The notes under the pieces are model-generated. The model saw only the letters and a program-made list of their open reading frames with translations, did no database searches and was not told where the DNA came from. Below are positions 22,201 through 31,598 of a stretch of 64,000 bases of DNA, one piece after another. A program made the translations under genes and the position numbers. Within the stretch, counting starts at the first letter, position 1. Each line of letters begins with the position of its first letter. The stretch is from an uncultured Acidobacteriota bacterium (lineage in GTDB: Bacteria; Acidobacteriota; Thermoanaerobaculia; Gp7-AA8), in the NCBI GenBank assembly GCA_963822445.1, contig CAWGHO010000002.1:2368001-2432000 (forward strand). The letters are read 5' to 3'.

Positions 22201-24507
22201 GGGGTCACCAGCGATTGCGAACCCGGCGGCGTTCCCTGCAAGGCCGGTGAGCGCGTCAACTTCACCGGTCTCAAGAACGGCGACTTCCTGAGCACCTCTT
22301 GCGACACCGCCACCTGGGAATTCGGCGATGGCGGCACGGGCACAGGTCGTAGCCCGAACCACACCTACGCCTCTCCAGGAACCTACCCCGTCACGCTTCG
22401 GGTCTCGAGCTCGGCCGGTGCGGCGACGCCTTACACGTACTCGATTCAGGTCGTCAGCAGCGACGGCAGTGGTGGTGGTGGTGGTGGCAGTGGCAGCTGC
22501 TCGCTCACACCGACGGAATCGGAAGTCCTTCTCGATTTCCGCGGCACGCAGAGCGCCTGCACCGACTCCAACGGCGCTCTCTGCAGCCGCAATGAGGTCA
22601 TTCAGTTCGACGCCAAGCCGTTCCGCTACACCTTCCAGACCTGCGACAAGTTCGAATGGAACTTCGGCGACGGCAGCACCTCGGATCAGAAGAACCCGAC
22701 ACATGTGTACACCGGTACCTCGCCGGCGTACACCGTCACTCTCCGCGTCTACAACACGAACAATCCCACCGGCTTCACGCTGAACGCCATCGTGCCGTTC
22801 GACAACGCTCCGGTCCTGCAGACGCCTGTCGTCACCCTCTCGTCGCCCTCCGGCGCCGCGAAGGGTCAGGTCGTGACGTTCACCGCAACGACCGACATCC
22901 CGGCCACAGGCTGGTCGTGGAACTTCGGTGATGGCTCCGCGAAGGACAACTCGCAGGCGTCCGTGAAGGGCACTTCCAGCACCGTGACCCACGTCTTCAC
23001 CAAGACCGGCTCGTTCAACGTGACGGTCACGGCGAAGAACGCGGAAGACGCCGGCAGCGCGTCCACCGGCACCGGTCTCGGATCGATCGCCGTCTCCGAG
23101 ACGCCGCTCTACAAGTTCCTGATTCCGGCGGTCATCCACGCCGGTGGTCTCAACGGCAGCTCGTGGCGTACCGACGTGCAGGTTTACTACAGCGCGCCGA
23201 ATCCGTCCGCGGAGCCGCTGGTCATGACGGCTGAGTTCAACGGCTCGACCGACCAGCTGCAGATCAACCAGTCCACCTTCATCTACGAGGACTTCGTCAA
23301 GAACCTCGTCACCGGTGACGGTCAGGGCGCGGTCATCCTCACGACCCAGACGAAGTACAAGCCGCAGATCTGGACGCGTACCTACAACGTCGACGCGAGC
23401 GGCAAGACCTTCGGCCAGTTCATTCCGGCCATCGAGCTCACCGGCACGGCCAGCGCCGCTGTCGAAGGGCTGGCTGATCCGGTGAAGTACTTCCTGCCCG
23501 GTCTCCGCGAGAACAGCCGTTACCGCACCAACCTCGGCTTCATCAATCCGAACCCGACTCCAGTCAGTGCCAACGTCGTGGTCTACGACGATCTGCGCAT
23601 TCCCTTGACGCAGTTCCACGTGGACATGGGCCCGTTCGAGCTCGTGCCGGTCAACGGCCTGAAGTCGAAGGTTCCGGATCTTCCGAACCGTCCGGTAACG
23701 CTCGAGATCACCGTGCCTGCCGGTAAGTGGCTGGTTGCCTATGCCTCCTTCATCGACGGCTTCAGCAACGACCCGGCGTACATCGCGGCCGTTGCCGAGA
23801 CCGAGCTTTCGTCGACCGCTTACGCCACGGGAATCACTCCCGGTGTCGGTCACGTCGGCGATTGGCGCAGCGACGTCACGATCTTCAATCCCGATTCATC
23901 GGGTGTGAGAGTCAATCTGATGTACTACGACGCCGCCGGTCTGCAGCGTGCCGAGGCGAAGGACCTATTCATCGGCGCCGGTCAGGTCAAGACGTACGAC
24001 GATCTGCTGAAGACGTCCGGCCTCTGGTCGACCACGCCGCCCGACGGCCTGGGTATGCTCCTCCTGAAGACGACGACTCCGGTGACGAAGTACCCGCTGA
24101 CCTTCTCGCGGACGTATAACGACAAGGGCTCGGCTGGTACCTTCGGCCAGGGCATCGCCGGCATTGCGGCTGCGAACGCCAACGTCAAGGTGGGCAAGCC
24201 GGGAATCATCCCTGGTGTCCGCAACGACGCGAACTACAAGACCAACATCGGCCTGACCAACACGACCGCGAACGTCGTGAGTGTCGTCGTTCGTCTCCTC
24301 GACCCGAATTCGGGCGCGGTTGCGCAGGAACTGCCGGTAACGCTCAACGCGTATCAGAGCGTGGTCGGTAACTACAACTTCGGCAGCTTGAACACGGGCA
24401 CCTTCAAGGTGGAGATCACCAGCGGTGAAGGCGCGGTCTGGGCCTTTGCCTCGATCATCAACCAGGGCAACGATCCGGAGTACGTTCCGGCCATCCCCCT
24501 GCAGTAA
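19243..24507 (+). CDS. Giant secreted PKD-domain surface protein (~1750 aa) with Gly linkers and a duplicated C-terminal module
   Basis: Signal peptide ending PAAFA; several WxFGDG PKD motifs; poly-Gly linkers; start (19237 or 19243) approximate. Confidence 0.85.
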   Translation: MKLFTNTAALLLAVWLSPAAFAGYYTLPSKTSEAVTKCIGCKGSNLYGESNDGLPTYQYASPIAKHVGRIVDSSWTKDIQNGYGLRTLRAGVIRVAPTQRGSSPPTIYMELGGAVAAYQMSTFFSSKLPAGMVDIKTLVSGVGGSRTGRGDLNEMVTPWDSYSYIEKYRDFGWDIVEYDIQDSLGDFDFDDRGYLYGSFSSFGWAIAQDAGITGGSIMPPIGQGQDGGMTMTAIKTGGVYYAAISSGGGNHVLYNTTNPALPVQIATRNYAITKWARHDATKRLAIVDNVGKLRIYDYDTFVGGGNPLIGPVTAESNNKFIDVTSDENGNFWAIESSQSFNSSVVRYAVGSSTGLRLGLGETYSGSHITAQAGHLAVAGMSADGMDVLMFKIEGNTLRKLDLRNFFKRYYHAPLRGNAQPPADRSYVSTPTAVQFIKYNNKLYFIYNAHGMGDVFEIESGDSITGAMKTTSFGTANPNSKAPAGSGPFPGDVVKFTAASSNANVPYTLSWDFDNPESGANLAQAATGVEVSHQFGGYTTAGQITTVKRVTATATSDSTITDTINVTLKVPVVRMGVSGSSTPITSAATPLNVLLGDTFNDASDGSMESHYTTWAFDGGPATAMLPNASAPTGAIGAHTVSLNAYYGRYDMTTGATTTPMFNASLLNVPYTVRPFLFTLSAAKSGANAVFSGTSPRVTSTPGVITATEWTVTWSITGTHTATIPAPQTVAIGTIPPLTVPASAVNADNVVTLTVSIPAANLTGAGPEYASYSQSMTLAKPVPAISKGNTCQHANAPCTLTVSGPSVSDSTVTWTITKDGAPFSSGSGLSVSPVITEPGSYVATATAVKGIFEGVASLPFTVAASLCGAPPHIDTVSIHMSCPNAGCVPNVDITFRATFIGYTPQDCDVYTWRMGDNTATKSGSQVTHKYTAGGTFTVRLTISNSSGQTATEISKIIAITGSGGGGGGGGGGGGDTCTRPSNVTFTYGGVTSDCEPGGVPCKAGERVNFTGLKNGDFLSTSCDTATWEFGDGGTGTGRSPNHTYASPGTYPVTLRVSSSAGAATPYTYSIQVVSSDGSGGGGGGSGSCSLTPTESEVLLDFRGTQSACTDSNGALCSRNEVIQFDAKPFRYTFQTCDKFEWNFGDGSTSDQKNPTHVYTGTSPAYTVTLRVYNTNNPTGFTLNAIVPFDNAPVLQTPVVTLSSPSGAAKGQVVTFTATTDIPATGWSWNFGDGSAKDNSQASVKGTSSTVTHVFTKTGSFNVTVTAKNAEDAGSASTGTGLGSIAVSETPLYKFLIPAVIHAGGLNGSSWRTDVQVYYSAPNPSAEPLVMTAEFNGSTDQLQINQSTFIYEDFVKNLVTGDGQGAVILTTQTKYKPQIWTRTYNVDASGKTFGQFIPAIELTGTASAAVEGLADPVKYFLPGLRENSRYRTNLGFINPNPTPVSANVVVYDDLRIPLTQFHVDMGPFELVPVNGLKSKVPDLPNRPVTLEITVPAGKWLVAYASFIDGFSNDPAYIAAVAETELSSTAYATGITPGVGHVGDWRSDVTIFNPDSSGVRVNLMYYDAAGLQRAEAKDLFIGAGQVKTYDDLLKTSGLWSTTPPDGLGMLLLKTTTPVTKYPLTFSRTYNDKGSAGTFGQGIAGIAAANANVKVGKPGIIPGVRNDANYKTNIGLTNTTANVVSVVVRLLDPNSGAVAQELPVTLNAYQSVVGNYNFGSLNTGTFKVEITSGEGAVWAFASIINQGNDPEYVPAIPLQ

Positions 24508-24528
24508 CCCCGCATCCACAGCATCTCT

Positions 24529-24563
24529 CGAAGTGGCGGGCTCCGGCCCGCCACTTCGCTTTT
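24529..24563 (+). terminator. Rho-independent terminator
   Basis: CGAAGTGGCGGGC-TCCG-GCCCGCCACTTCG-CTTTT. Confidence 0.8.
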
Positions 24564-24598
24564 GGACGCGTCCTGACGCAAGTCCGTAGAATGCCCGG

Positions 24599-25819
24599 AT
24601 GGAGACCGCCGTCCGCGCCACCAGCGTGTCGAAGCAGTACGACATGTACCGCCGGCCCATGGATCGCGTGGTCGAGATCCTGACGCGCCGCCCGCGGCAC
24701 GTCGTGTTTCCGGCGCTGCAGGACGTTTCCTTCGAAGTCGAGCGCGGCGAGACCGTCGGGATCATCGGCCAGAACGGAGCCGGCAAGAGCACGCTCCTCA
24801 AGCTGCTCTGCGGCGTGGCCCGACCCAGCTCCGGATCGCTCGAGACGCACGGCACGATCGCGTCGATCCTCGAGCTGGGCACCGGGTTTCACCCCGAATT
24901 CAGCGGCCGCGACAACGCCGCCCTCAACGCGGCCATCCTCGGCCTCAATCAAAGTGAAGTGCGCGAGCGCTTGCCGCAGATTCTCGAATTCTCGGAGCTC
25001 GGCTCCTTCGTCGATCGCCCCGTGAAGACCTACTCGTCGGGCATGTACATGCGCCTTGCGTTTTCCGTCGCGGTCAACGTCAATCCCGACATCCTGGTCA
25101 TCGACGAGGCCCTGGCCGTCGGCGACGGTCACTTTCAGAAGAAGTGCATCGACAAGATTCGCGAGTTTCAGGAGGACGGTAAGACCATCCTCTTCTGCTC
25201 CCACGCGCTCTACTACATCACCTCCATCTGCCGCCGCACGCTCTGGCTCGATCAGGGGAGGGTGATGCGTTACGGCCCTTCGGTCGACGTCGTGCATGAG
25301 TACGAGACTTTCTTGCGCGAGCGCGATCGCGAGCATCCCGCGACCGAGGTCGTCGTGCCGGAGCGCACGCCGGTGCGCATCCGCGAGGTCACGGTGATGG
25401 ACCGCGCCGGCCGCGCGCGGGACCGGTTCAGCCGTGGCGAGGAGATCCAGGTCCGCCTGCGCATCGAATCCGATTCGCCGTCACAGCCCGTACACGTGAT
25501 CGTCGGCGTTCATCGCTCTGCCGACGACATGCAGTGTTTCGCCGTTGGAACTCACGCCGACGGAATGCGTCCGCTGTCCGGCCAGAACGAGTACGAAGTC
25601 ACCGCGCGGCTGATGGATGTGCCCCTGCTGCGCGGCGACTACGACATCCTGACCTTCGCCGGAGACGAGCACGCCATGACCGTGTTCGATCGCCGCGATC
25701 TCCGCCCCGGTTTCTCGATGAGCGGGGATCGCTACGAGATCGGCATGCTCGCGGTCGATCATCGCTGGGACGTGCCCGTTCACGAAGAGGCCGCGGCCCC
25801 CGCGGCCAAGTCGCGATGA
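24599..25819 (+). CDS. wzt: ABC polysaccharide exporter ATPase with C-terminal Wzt carbohydrate-binding domain
   Basis: GQNGAGKST, YSSGM, ILVIDEALAVGD; ~150-aa C-terminal Wzt_C-like extension. Confidence 0.92.
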   Translation: METAVRATSVSKQYDMYRRPMDRVVEILTRRPRHVVFPALQDVSFEVERGETVGIIGQNGAGKSTLLKLLCGVARPSSGSLETHGTIASILELGTGFHPEFSGRDNAALNAAILGLNQSEVRERLPQILEFSELGSFVDRPVKTYSSGMYMRLAFSVAVNVNPDILVIDEALAVGDGHFQKKCIDKIREFQEDGKTILFCSHALYYITSICRRTLWLDQGRVMRYGPSVDVVHEYETFLRERDREHPATEVVVPERTPVRIREVTVMDRAGRARDRFSRGEEIQVRLRIESDSPSQPVHVIVGVHRSADDMQCFAVGTHADGMRPLSGQNEYEVTARLMDVPLLRGDYDILTFAGDEHAMTVFDRRDLRPGFSMSGDRYEIGMLAVDHRWDVPVHEEAAAPAAKSR

Positions 25820-26844
25820 TCTCGCTGCTCGTCGTGAATTACCGCTCGGCGTCGCTCGCTGCCGAGGCCGTGCGGACCGCGCGTGTGGCCACGACGGAGC
25901 CTCTGCAGGTCGTGGCCGTCGACAACAGCGTCGATCCGTCCGAGGCCGCGGCGTTGCGCGCGTTTTCCGACGTGGTCGTCGTCGCCGAAACGAATCGCGG
26001 TTACGCCGGCGGCATCAACCTCGGCCGCCGGGCCTGTGAAGGCGAAACGATCGTGGTCACGAATCCCGACGTGACCTTCGGCGAGCTGGCGATCGACCGG
26101 CTGAACACCGAAGTTCGCCGCGGCGCCGCCGTCGCGGGACCGGCTCTCTTCTGGGATGACGCGCATACGTGGTTGTTGCCGCCCGGCGATCGCTCGACGA
26201 CGATCGAGAAGTTCGACGAGGTCCTGGCCAGCCGCTCGCACGCATGGCGCGATCAGCGCGATCGTCGCCGTTTCCGCCAACGCCTCGCGTTCTGGTCTCT
26301 GCGCGAGACGACGGCCGTGCCGATGCTTTCCGGCGCCGTATTGGCCATTCGCGCGGGCGTCTTCGACGACCTTGGCGGATTCGACGAGCGGTTTCCGCTC
26401 TATTTCGAAGAAACGGACTTTCTTCGCCGGGTTACCGAACGACGCAAACGCATCGCGTACGTGCCCTCGGCCAGATGCCGTCACCTCTACAACCAGAGCG
26501 CCGGCGACGCGTCCGATCACGCCGCGATGAGCTACGCCACGTCCGAAATGCGCTATCTCGAAAAGTGGAGCGGCCCGTTCATGGCCCGGCTGCTGAAGAA
26601 TCTCGAGCGCCCGCTCCCTGTCATCCCGAGCGAAGTCGAGGGACCCGGCGGGCCGGGCGGCGCGACAACCGAGGACGTCATCACCGAAGCCTCCCCCTCC
26701 CCGGTCTTCTCCACCGCCGCCGGCCACTTCGGCCCCGCCACCCTCCCCGAGGAAATCCGGAAGACCCTCAAAACACCCTTCTACCTTCGCACCGTCGCCC
26801 GCGCCACGAGCGAAGTCCTTTCCACGGTTAAAATTTGCCCATGA
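25816..26844 (+). CDS. Glycosyltransferase family 2
   Basis: VVNY, VDNS, NRGYAGGIN, NPD, GGFDERFPLYFEETD. Confidence 0.9.
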   Translation: MISLLVVNYRSASLAAEAVRTARVATTEPLQVVAVDNSVDPSEAAALRAFSDVVVVAETNRGYAGGINLGRRACEGETIVVTNPDVTFGELAIDRLNTEVRRGAAVAGPALFWDDAHTWLLPPGDRSTTIEKFDEVLASRSHAWRDQRDRRRFRQRLAFWSLRETTAVPMLSGAVLAIRAGVFDDLGGFDERFPLYFEETDFLRRVTERRKRIAYVPSARCRHLYNQSAGDASDHAAMSYATSEMRYLEKWSGPFMARLLKNLERPLPVIPSEVEGPGGPGGATTEDVITEASPSPVFSTAAGHFGPATLPEEIRKTLKTPFYLRTVARATSEVLSTVKICP

Positions 26845-28262
26845 GCTCGACCAGTGTCTCGGTCGTCGTGCCGCAGCGCGGAACGGGCTTCGATCCCGCT
26901 CCGATCGAGCGGTATCTCGAGACCACCGGCCTCACGTTCGAGATCGTCGGCCGCGTCAGCGACGCCAGAGGCGCGGTCATCGTGGTCGTGGACGAGGGCA
27001 TGCCCTACCCGGTCAGCGCGATCGGCGACGCCGTGGCCATGATCGAATCGGGGCTGACCGACATCGTCCTCGGCACCACGACCGAGTTCACCGAGTCCCG
27101 CTTCCTGCGCTGGCTGCTCGTGCCGATCCTTCCCGATCCGCGCTTGAAGCTGAAAGCCTTCTCGAACGTCGCCGGAAAGCTGATCCACAGCGAATCACGC
27201 GTCCACGACGAAGCAGGCCTGGAGATCGCCTTTCTCGCGAACAAGTACGGCTTTCGCGTCGAGCGACTGGTCGTGCACACGAGCCGAAATCCGCGACGTT
27301 TATCCGGAGGCATCGGCGCGGCGGTGTCGATCCGCCTCGCCAATCGCCGCAACGCGTATCGGCCGGCGCGCCGCTGTCCGGTTTGTTTCTCATCCGAGGT
27401 GTGGAGTTGCGCGCAGATTCCGGGCAACGTCGTTCGCGCCTGCCGGCGCTGCAAGTGCCGCTATCTGAATCAATTTGCCGACGATGAAGGCACGGTGCCG
27501 GTTCGGCGCGTGCTGCGGTCGCATGACGCACCGGCGACGCCGACCTACGAGTCGCATTCACCTCCCGCGCGCGAGCGAACGAGTCTCCGACGCTTTCGAT
27601 GGGTGAGCCGCCAGCTTCCGTCGCGCGCGCGGCTGCTCGAGGTCGGCGTCCGCGACGGGAGTTTCGGATTCCTTGCCGCGGCGGACTACGAATACGTCGG
27701 CATCGATCCCGCGCCGGCGGCAGCTCGTCACGCGCGTGCGCGCGGCCTCGAGGTGTACTGCGCGTCGCTGTCGGCGTTCGTGAACACCGGGCCTTCCTTC
27801 GACGGAATCACGCTCTTTCACGTATTCGAGAACATGCCCGACCCGCACGACACCCTCGGCCGCATCAAAGACCTGCTGAAGCCCGGCGGGATGTTGTTTC
27901 TCTCGACGTTCGATACCGAGGGGTTGATTTATCTCGCGTCCGAGCGGAAGCGGATGGCGCAGAACTTCCGCACGCATCTCATCCTGTACTCGCGCTCCGC
28001 GCTCATCGAGCTGCTCGAGCACTCCGGATTCGAGATCGCCGACATCGGTCCCGACTTCGAATATCGCGACCACAAGTTCCTGCGTCACTGGCTGGCGTCG
28101 CACCATCCGCTCGTCGCGCCGGCCGCCCGCGCGGCGTTGCAGGTGCTTCCCGATCCGCTGATCGTGAGCTCGGGCTCGATCCGCATCGTCGCCAAGCGCC
28201 GCGGCGGGAGATCGCCGTCGGTGCGCGCGATCCGGTCGGTGGAAGCGACGCATGCCCGCTGA
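26841..28262 (+). CDS. Degenerate GT2-like domain, Zn-ribbon and class I SAM methyltransferase fusion
   Basis: CPVC...CRRC; LLEVGVRDG; HVFENMPDP...LLKPGG. Confidence 0.75.
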   Translation: MSSTSVSVVVPQRGTGFDPAPIERYLETTGLTFEIVGRVSDARGAVIVVVDEGMPYPVSAIGDAVAMIESGLTDIVLGTTTEFTESRFLRWLLVPILPDPRLKLKAFSNVAGKLIHSESRVHDEAGLEIAFLANKYGFRVERLVVHTSRNPRRLSGGIGAAVSIRLANRRNAYRPARRCPVCFSSEVWSCAQIPGNVVRACRRCKCRYLNQFADDEGTVPVRRVLRSHDAPATPTYESHSPPARERTSLRRFRWVSRQLPSRARLLEVGVRDGSFGFLAAADYEYVGIDPAPAAARHARARGLEVYCASLSAFVNTGPSFDGITLFHVFENMPDPHDTLGRIKDLLKPGGMLFLSTFDTEGLIYLASERKRMAQNFRTHLILYSRSALIELLEHSGFEIADIGPDFEYRDHKFLRHWLASHHPLVAPAARAALQVLPDPLIVSSGSIRIVAKRRGGRSPSVRAIRSVEATHAR

Positions 28263-29253
28263 CCCGCGCTTCATCACGCGCGCGTACCGCCCTGATAGCG
28301 ACACGTCGGACGAGCAGGCGATTCTCGATCTCTTCAATCGATCCTTCCCGCATTCGCCGCGCAGCGCGGAGCACTTTCGATGGAAGTACCGCGACAACCC
28401 GTTCGGCAGCGGCCGGATCAGCCTGACCTTCGACGGCGACGGCCGACTGGTCGGCCATTACGCCGGCTACTCCGTTCCCTTCCGTTACGACAACCGGGAT
28501 GTGATCGCCCACCAGATCGGCGATACGATGACCGATCCCGCCATCCGCCACATCGGCCGCGGCCCGACGAGCATCCTCGGCCGCACCGCACTGCATTTCT
28601 ACGAGAACTTCTGCGAAGGACAGGTGGCGTTCAACTACGGCTTCAACGTCGCGAACATTCAGAAGTTCTCGCTCCGCTTCCTGCGCAGCGATCGCGTCGA
28701 GCCGGTCGGATATCGCGTTCGCGCACCGCTTCCGCCGATCTCGCGACTGGAGCGATGGAGCCGGGGGTATCAGTTCGAGGTCGTGAAAGAGACCACGGCG
28801 GAATGGGACGATCTCTTCGCGCGAGCGAGCGGCTCGTATCGATTTCTCGTTCGCCGCGACGCGGCATACGTGCGCTGGCGTTATCTCCAGTGCCCTGACG
28901 TTCCGTACTTCGTCGTAGCCGTGCGCAAATGGCGACGCCTGATCGGCTGGATCGCGTTCCGGATCGAGGCGAATCGGTTCGTCTGGGGCGACGCACTCTT
29001 TCATCCCGCGTTTCCGGACGCCATCGACGTCACGTTGCGGCACGTCGTTCCTTCGCATCCCGTCGATTCGATCGAAGCGTGGTTCCCTCCGCGCCCGCAT
29101 TGGCTCGATGCAACCCTGCACGAGCTTGGCTTCGAGACGCGCCAGCAGCCGCAGGACCTCTCGGTGATGTGCGTGCCGTTCCTGTGGCCGGACGCGCTCG
29201 CGCGGATGCGTGATTCGCTGTATTACGCGTGGGGAGACAGCGACCTGTTCTGA
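28252..29253 (+). CDS. GNAT-family N-acetyltransferase
   Basis: FRWKYRDNP, LVGHYAG, DTMTDPAIR, YVRWRY motifs typical of polysaccharide-locus GNATs. Confidence 0.8.
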   Translation: MPADPRFITRAYRPDSDTSDEQAILDLFNRSFPHSPRSAEHFRWKYRDNPFGSGRISLTFDGDGRLVGHYAGYSVPFRYDNRDVIAHQIGDTMTDPAIRHIGRGPTSILGRTALHFYENFCEGQVAFNYGFNVANIQKFSLRFLRSDRVEPVGYRVRAPLPPISRLERWSRGYQFEVVKETTAEWDDLFARASGSYRFLVRRDAAYVRWRYLQCPDVPYFVVAVRKWRRLIGWIAFRIEANRFVWGDALFHPAFPDAIDVTLRHVVPSHPVDSIEAWFPPRPHWLDATLHELGFETRQQPQDLSVMCVPFLWPDALARMRDSLYYAWGDSDLF

Positions 29254-29268
29254 TGGCTCACCTCCTGC

Positions 29269-29706
29269 ATGCCGTTCTCAGCCGTCGATATGAGCGCAGC
29301 CGAACAACACACCGGAACCCGTGAGAAGCGCCTCGATGAGGTCGCGAAGAAACGGGTGCTGGTCATCGATGACGATCTGCCTCTCAGGGGCATGCTCGCG
29401 GCGGCGCTGCGGCAACATGGGTTTCAGGTTCTGCTGGCGGGCGACGGTGCCGAGGGTCAGCGTGCCCTGACCATTCACCGGCCGGACATCGTGCTGCTCG
29501 ACCTGGCCATGCCCGACGTCAACGGCTGGGACTTCCTCCAGCGTCTCCAGGAAACCGGCCACCTCGGCAAACTCCCCATCGTCGTGCTGTCCGCCCACGT
29601 GCACGTCGAGCCGGCCGCGCTTCTGCAGATGGGCGTCGCCGCGATCCTGCCGAAGCCGTTCAATCTCAACGAACTGATCGAGCTGATCGAGCATCTGGCG
29701 TCGTGA
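29269..29706 (+). CDS. Single-domain response regulator (CheY-like)
   Basis: VLVIDDD, LLDLAMPDVNG, KPF. Confidence 0.92.
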   Translation: MPFSAVDMSAAEQHTGTREKRLDEVAKKRVLVIDDDLPLRGMLAAALRQHGFQVLLAGDGAEGQRALTIHRPDIVLLDLAMPDVNGWDFLQRLQETGHLGKLPIVVLSAHVHVEPAALLQMGVAAILPKPFNLNELIELIEHLAS

Positions 29707-30371
29707 CGCGGACGGAAGTCGCGAAGCGGATCTCGAACCTTTACGGCATTCGCTCGCTGCGCAGGTACGTATACTGGAAGGTGCGGACCGATCCCGCGTA
29801 TGACGCCGTGCGCGAGAAACTGCGCGGCCACGAGCATCAGCCACTGCTCGACCTGGGATGCGGCGTCGGCGCGCTCGCGTTCTTCCTGCGTGAGCATGGT
29901 GTCGACGTGCCGATCGCCGGCGTCGATTTCGATGAGCGAAAGATCGAAGCGGCTCGTGTTGCGGCGAAGCAGTATCAAGACATCGAGTTCATCGCTGCTG
30001 ACGCGCGGGATCCGCTTCCTCAGGATCACAACGTCGTGTTGCTGGACATGCTGCAGTACGTCGATTCCGGCGCGCGGCAGCAGATTCTCGAGAACGTCGC
30101 CAGAACCATCCCGCCGGGTGGAATCGCGATCCTGCGGCAGGGAATCCGCGATGACTCGTGGCGGCACAAAGTCACGACCGTGGTCGACGCGTTCGCGCGT
30201 CTCGCTCGGTGGATGCAGGCGGAGCGGCTGAACTTTCCGACGATGGAGGAAGTATCGCGGCCATTCGCGAGCGCATTCGACGCGGAGATCACGCCGTTGT
30301 GGGGACGGACGCCCTTCAACAACTACCTGTTCGTCTTCATGCGGCGCGAAGCTGCGCGTCCGCGGGGATGA
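29703..30371 (+). CDS. Class I SAM-dependent methyltransferase
   Basis: LLDLGCGVG; C-terminal PLWGRTPFNNYL. Confidence 0.88.
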   Translation: MTRTEVAKRISNLYGIRSLRRYVYWKVRTDPAYDAVREKLRGHEHQPLLDLGCGVGALAFFLREHGVDVPIAGVDFDERKIEAARVAAKQYQDIEFIAADARDPLPQDHNVVLLDMLQYVDSGARQQILENVARTIPPGGIAILRQGIRDDSWRHKVTTVVDAFARLARWMQAERLNFPTMEEVSRPFASAFDAEITPLWGRTPFNNYLFVFMRREAARPRG

Positions 30372-31089
30372 CCAGCTCGTAGCCGCGCTCGCGCAGCGCG
30401 ACGATGACCCGCTCGAGCACGCGCAGTGAATGCTCGCGGCCCTGATGCAGGACGATGATCGCGCCCGGGCGAAGCTCGGTGAGGATGCGCGAGGCCACGT
30501 GTTCCGGATCGCTGACCACCGCGTCGAAGCCGCGCGCCGTCCAGCCGATCAACCGCATGCCGCGTCGCGCGAGTGCGGGATGGACTGCCGGGTTCTTCAT
30601 CCCCACCGGAGCGCGAAACCAGGTCGGTGCGTTTCCGGTCGCGGCCCGCAGCGCGCGATTGCAGTCGTCGACCTCCGCCGCCACCCGTCCGGGCAGCGCG
30701 CACCAGAAGCTTCCCGCGGGGTGGGTGTGGGTGTGATTGGCGACGGAGTGACCTCTCGCGACGATCTCACGAATCGTTTCGGGATCCCGCTCGGCGAGAA
30801 CGCCTTTCACGAAGAACGTCGCCTTCACCGCGTGCGCTTCGAAGAGATCGAGCACGGCCCGCGTGTCTTCCGTCGGCCCATCGTCGACGGTCAGCCACGC
30901 CTGTTTTTCATCGGTCTCGAAATGGGTCACGACCGGCCCGAGCCACTGCACGTTCGGCCGCAGCGTCGGATAGATGATCAAAGCGTGCGAAAGCGCGAGG
31001 ACGGCGATTGCCGCGACCGGCGAGACCGGCCAGAGCAGGATCAACGCGATCGGCGCGATCACCGCGAAAGCCAGGATCAGCTTCCGGAT
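30337..31089 (-). CDS. Polysaccharide deacetylase (NodB/CE4) with N-terminal TM segment; start uncertain
   Basis: LTVDDGP, ANHTHTH, FRAPVG, IIVLHQG; GAGGTG SD precedes an ATC at 31089. Confidence 0.85.
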   Translation of the reverse strand: MRKLILAFAVIAPIALILLWPVSPVAAIAVLALSHALIIYPTLRPNVQWLGPVVTHFETDEKQAWLTVDDGPTEDTRAVLDLFEAHAVKATFFVKGVLAERDPETIREIVARGHSVANHTHTHPAGSFWCALPGRVAAEVDDCNRALRAATGNAPTWFRAPVGMKNPAVHPALARRGMRLIGWTARGFDAVVSDPEHVASRILTELRPGAIIVLHQGREHSLRVLERVIVALRERGYELVIPADAQLRAA

Positions 31090-31598
31090 AGAACACCTCG
31101 TTCCAGTCGCGCGATCGGGTCGCGCAGCGCGAAGAGGATCACCGCCGCGATTCCGTTCAGCGCGACGAGCGCCAGAAACTGCCACGCCGCGAAGCGCGCC
31201 CACGACGAATGCCGTGCGAAGTAGATCGCCAGCGCCACGAACGCGGACATCAGCATGAAGGAATTCAGGCGCCGGTTGCCGAGCGTGAGCGCTCCGATGC
31301 TCAGCAGCGGAGCGTGAATGGCAATCGGCGACAGTAGAAACGCAACAGGAAGCGCAACCGGCAGCGGCCAGCGCGAGAACACCGTCGCCGCGAGATAGCA
31401 CGTCACGGTCAGCGCGATCCAGAGCGACACACCGTGATGTTCCACGGCGGTCTGATCCCGATCGACGATCATCACCAGCCCGTCGCGCGGCTCGGGGGGC
31501 GCGTTCTGCAAACGCAGAAACGCGTACAGCCGGAAAAGCGCGAAGCGATGCCGCGACGGCAGCCACCGCGCATCGGCGCGTCCTCTGACGACGTTCAT
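31077..31598 (-). CDS. Hypothetical membrane protein
   Basis: Several hydrophobic helices; ATGA overlap with the acyltransferase. Confidence 0.65.
   Translation of the reverse strand: MNVVRGRADARWLPSRHRFALFRLYAFLRLQNAPPEPRDGLVMIVDRDQTAVEHHGVSLWIALTVTCYLAATVFSRWPLPVALPVAFLLSPIAIHAPLLSIGALTLGNRRLNSFMLMSAFVALAIYFARHSSWARFAAWQFLALVALNGIAAVILFALRDPIARLERGVLSGS

Noticed and set aside
22118-22498. GGT/GGC trinucleotide runs as phase-variable repeats
   Set aside because: In-frame, mixed-codon poly-Gly linkers between PKD domains.
20266-23853. Long antisense ORFs (1195 aa here; also 38932..41412, 5268..6995, 34922..36808)
   Set aside because: Shadow ORFs opposite real genes, expected from high-GC codon bias; no recognisable motifs.
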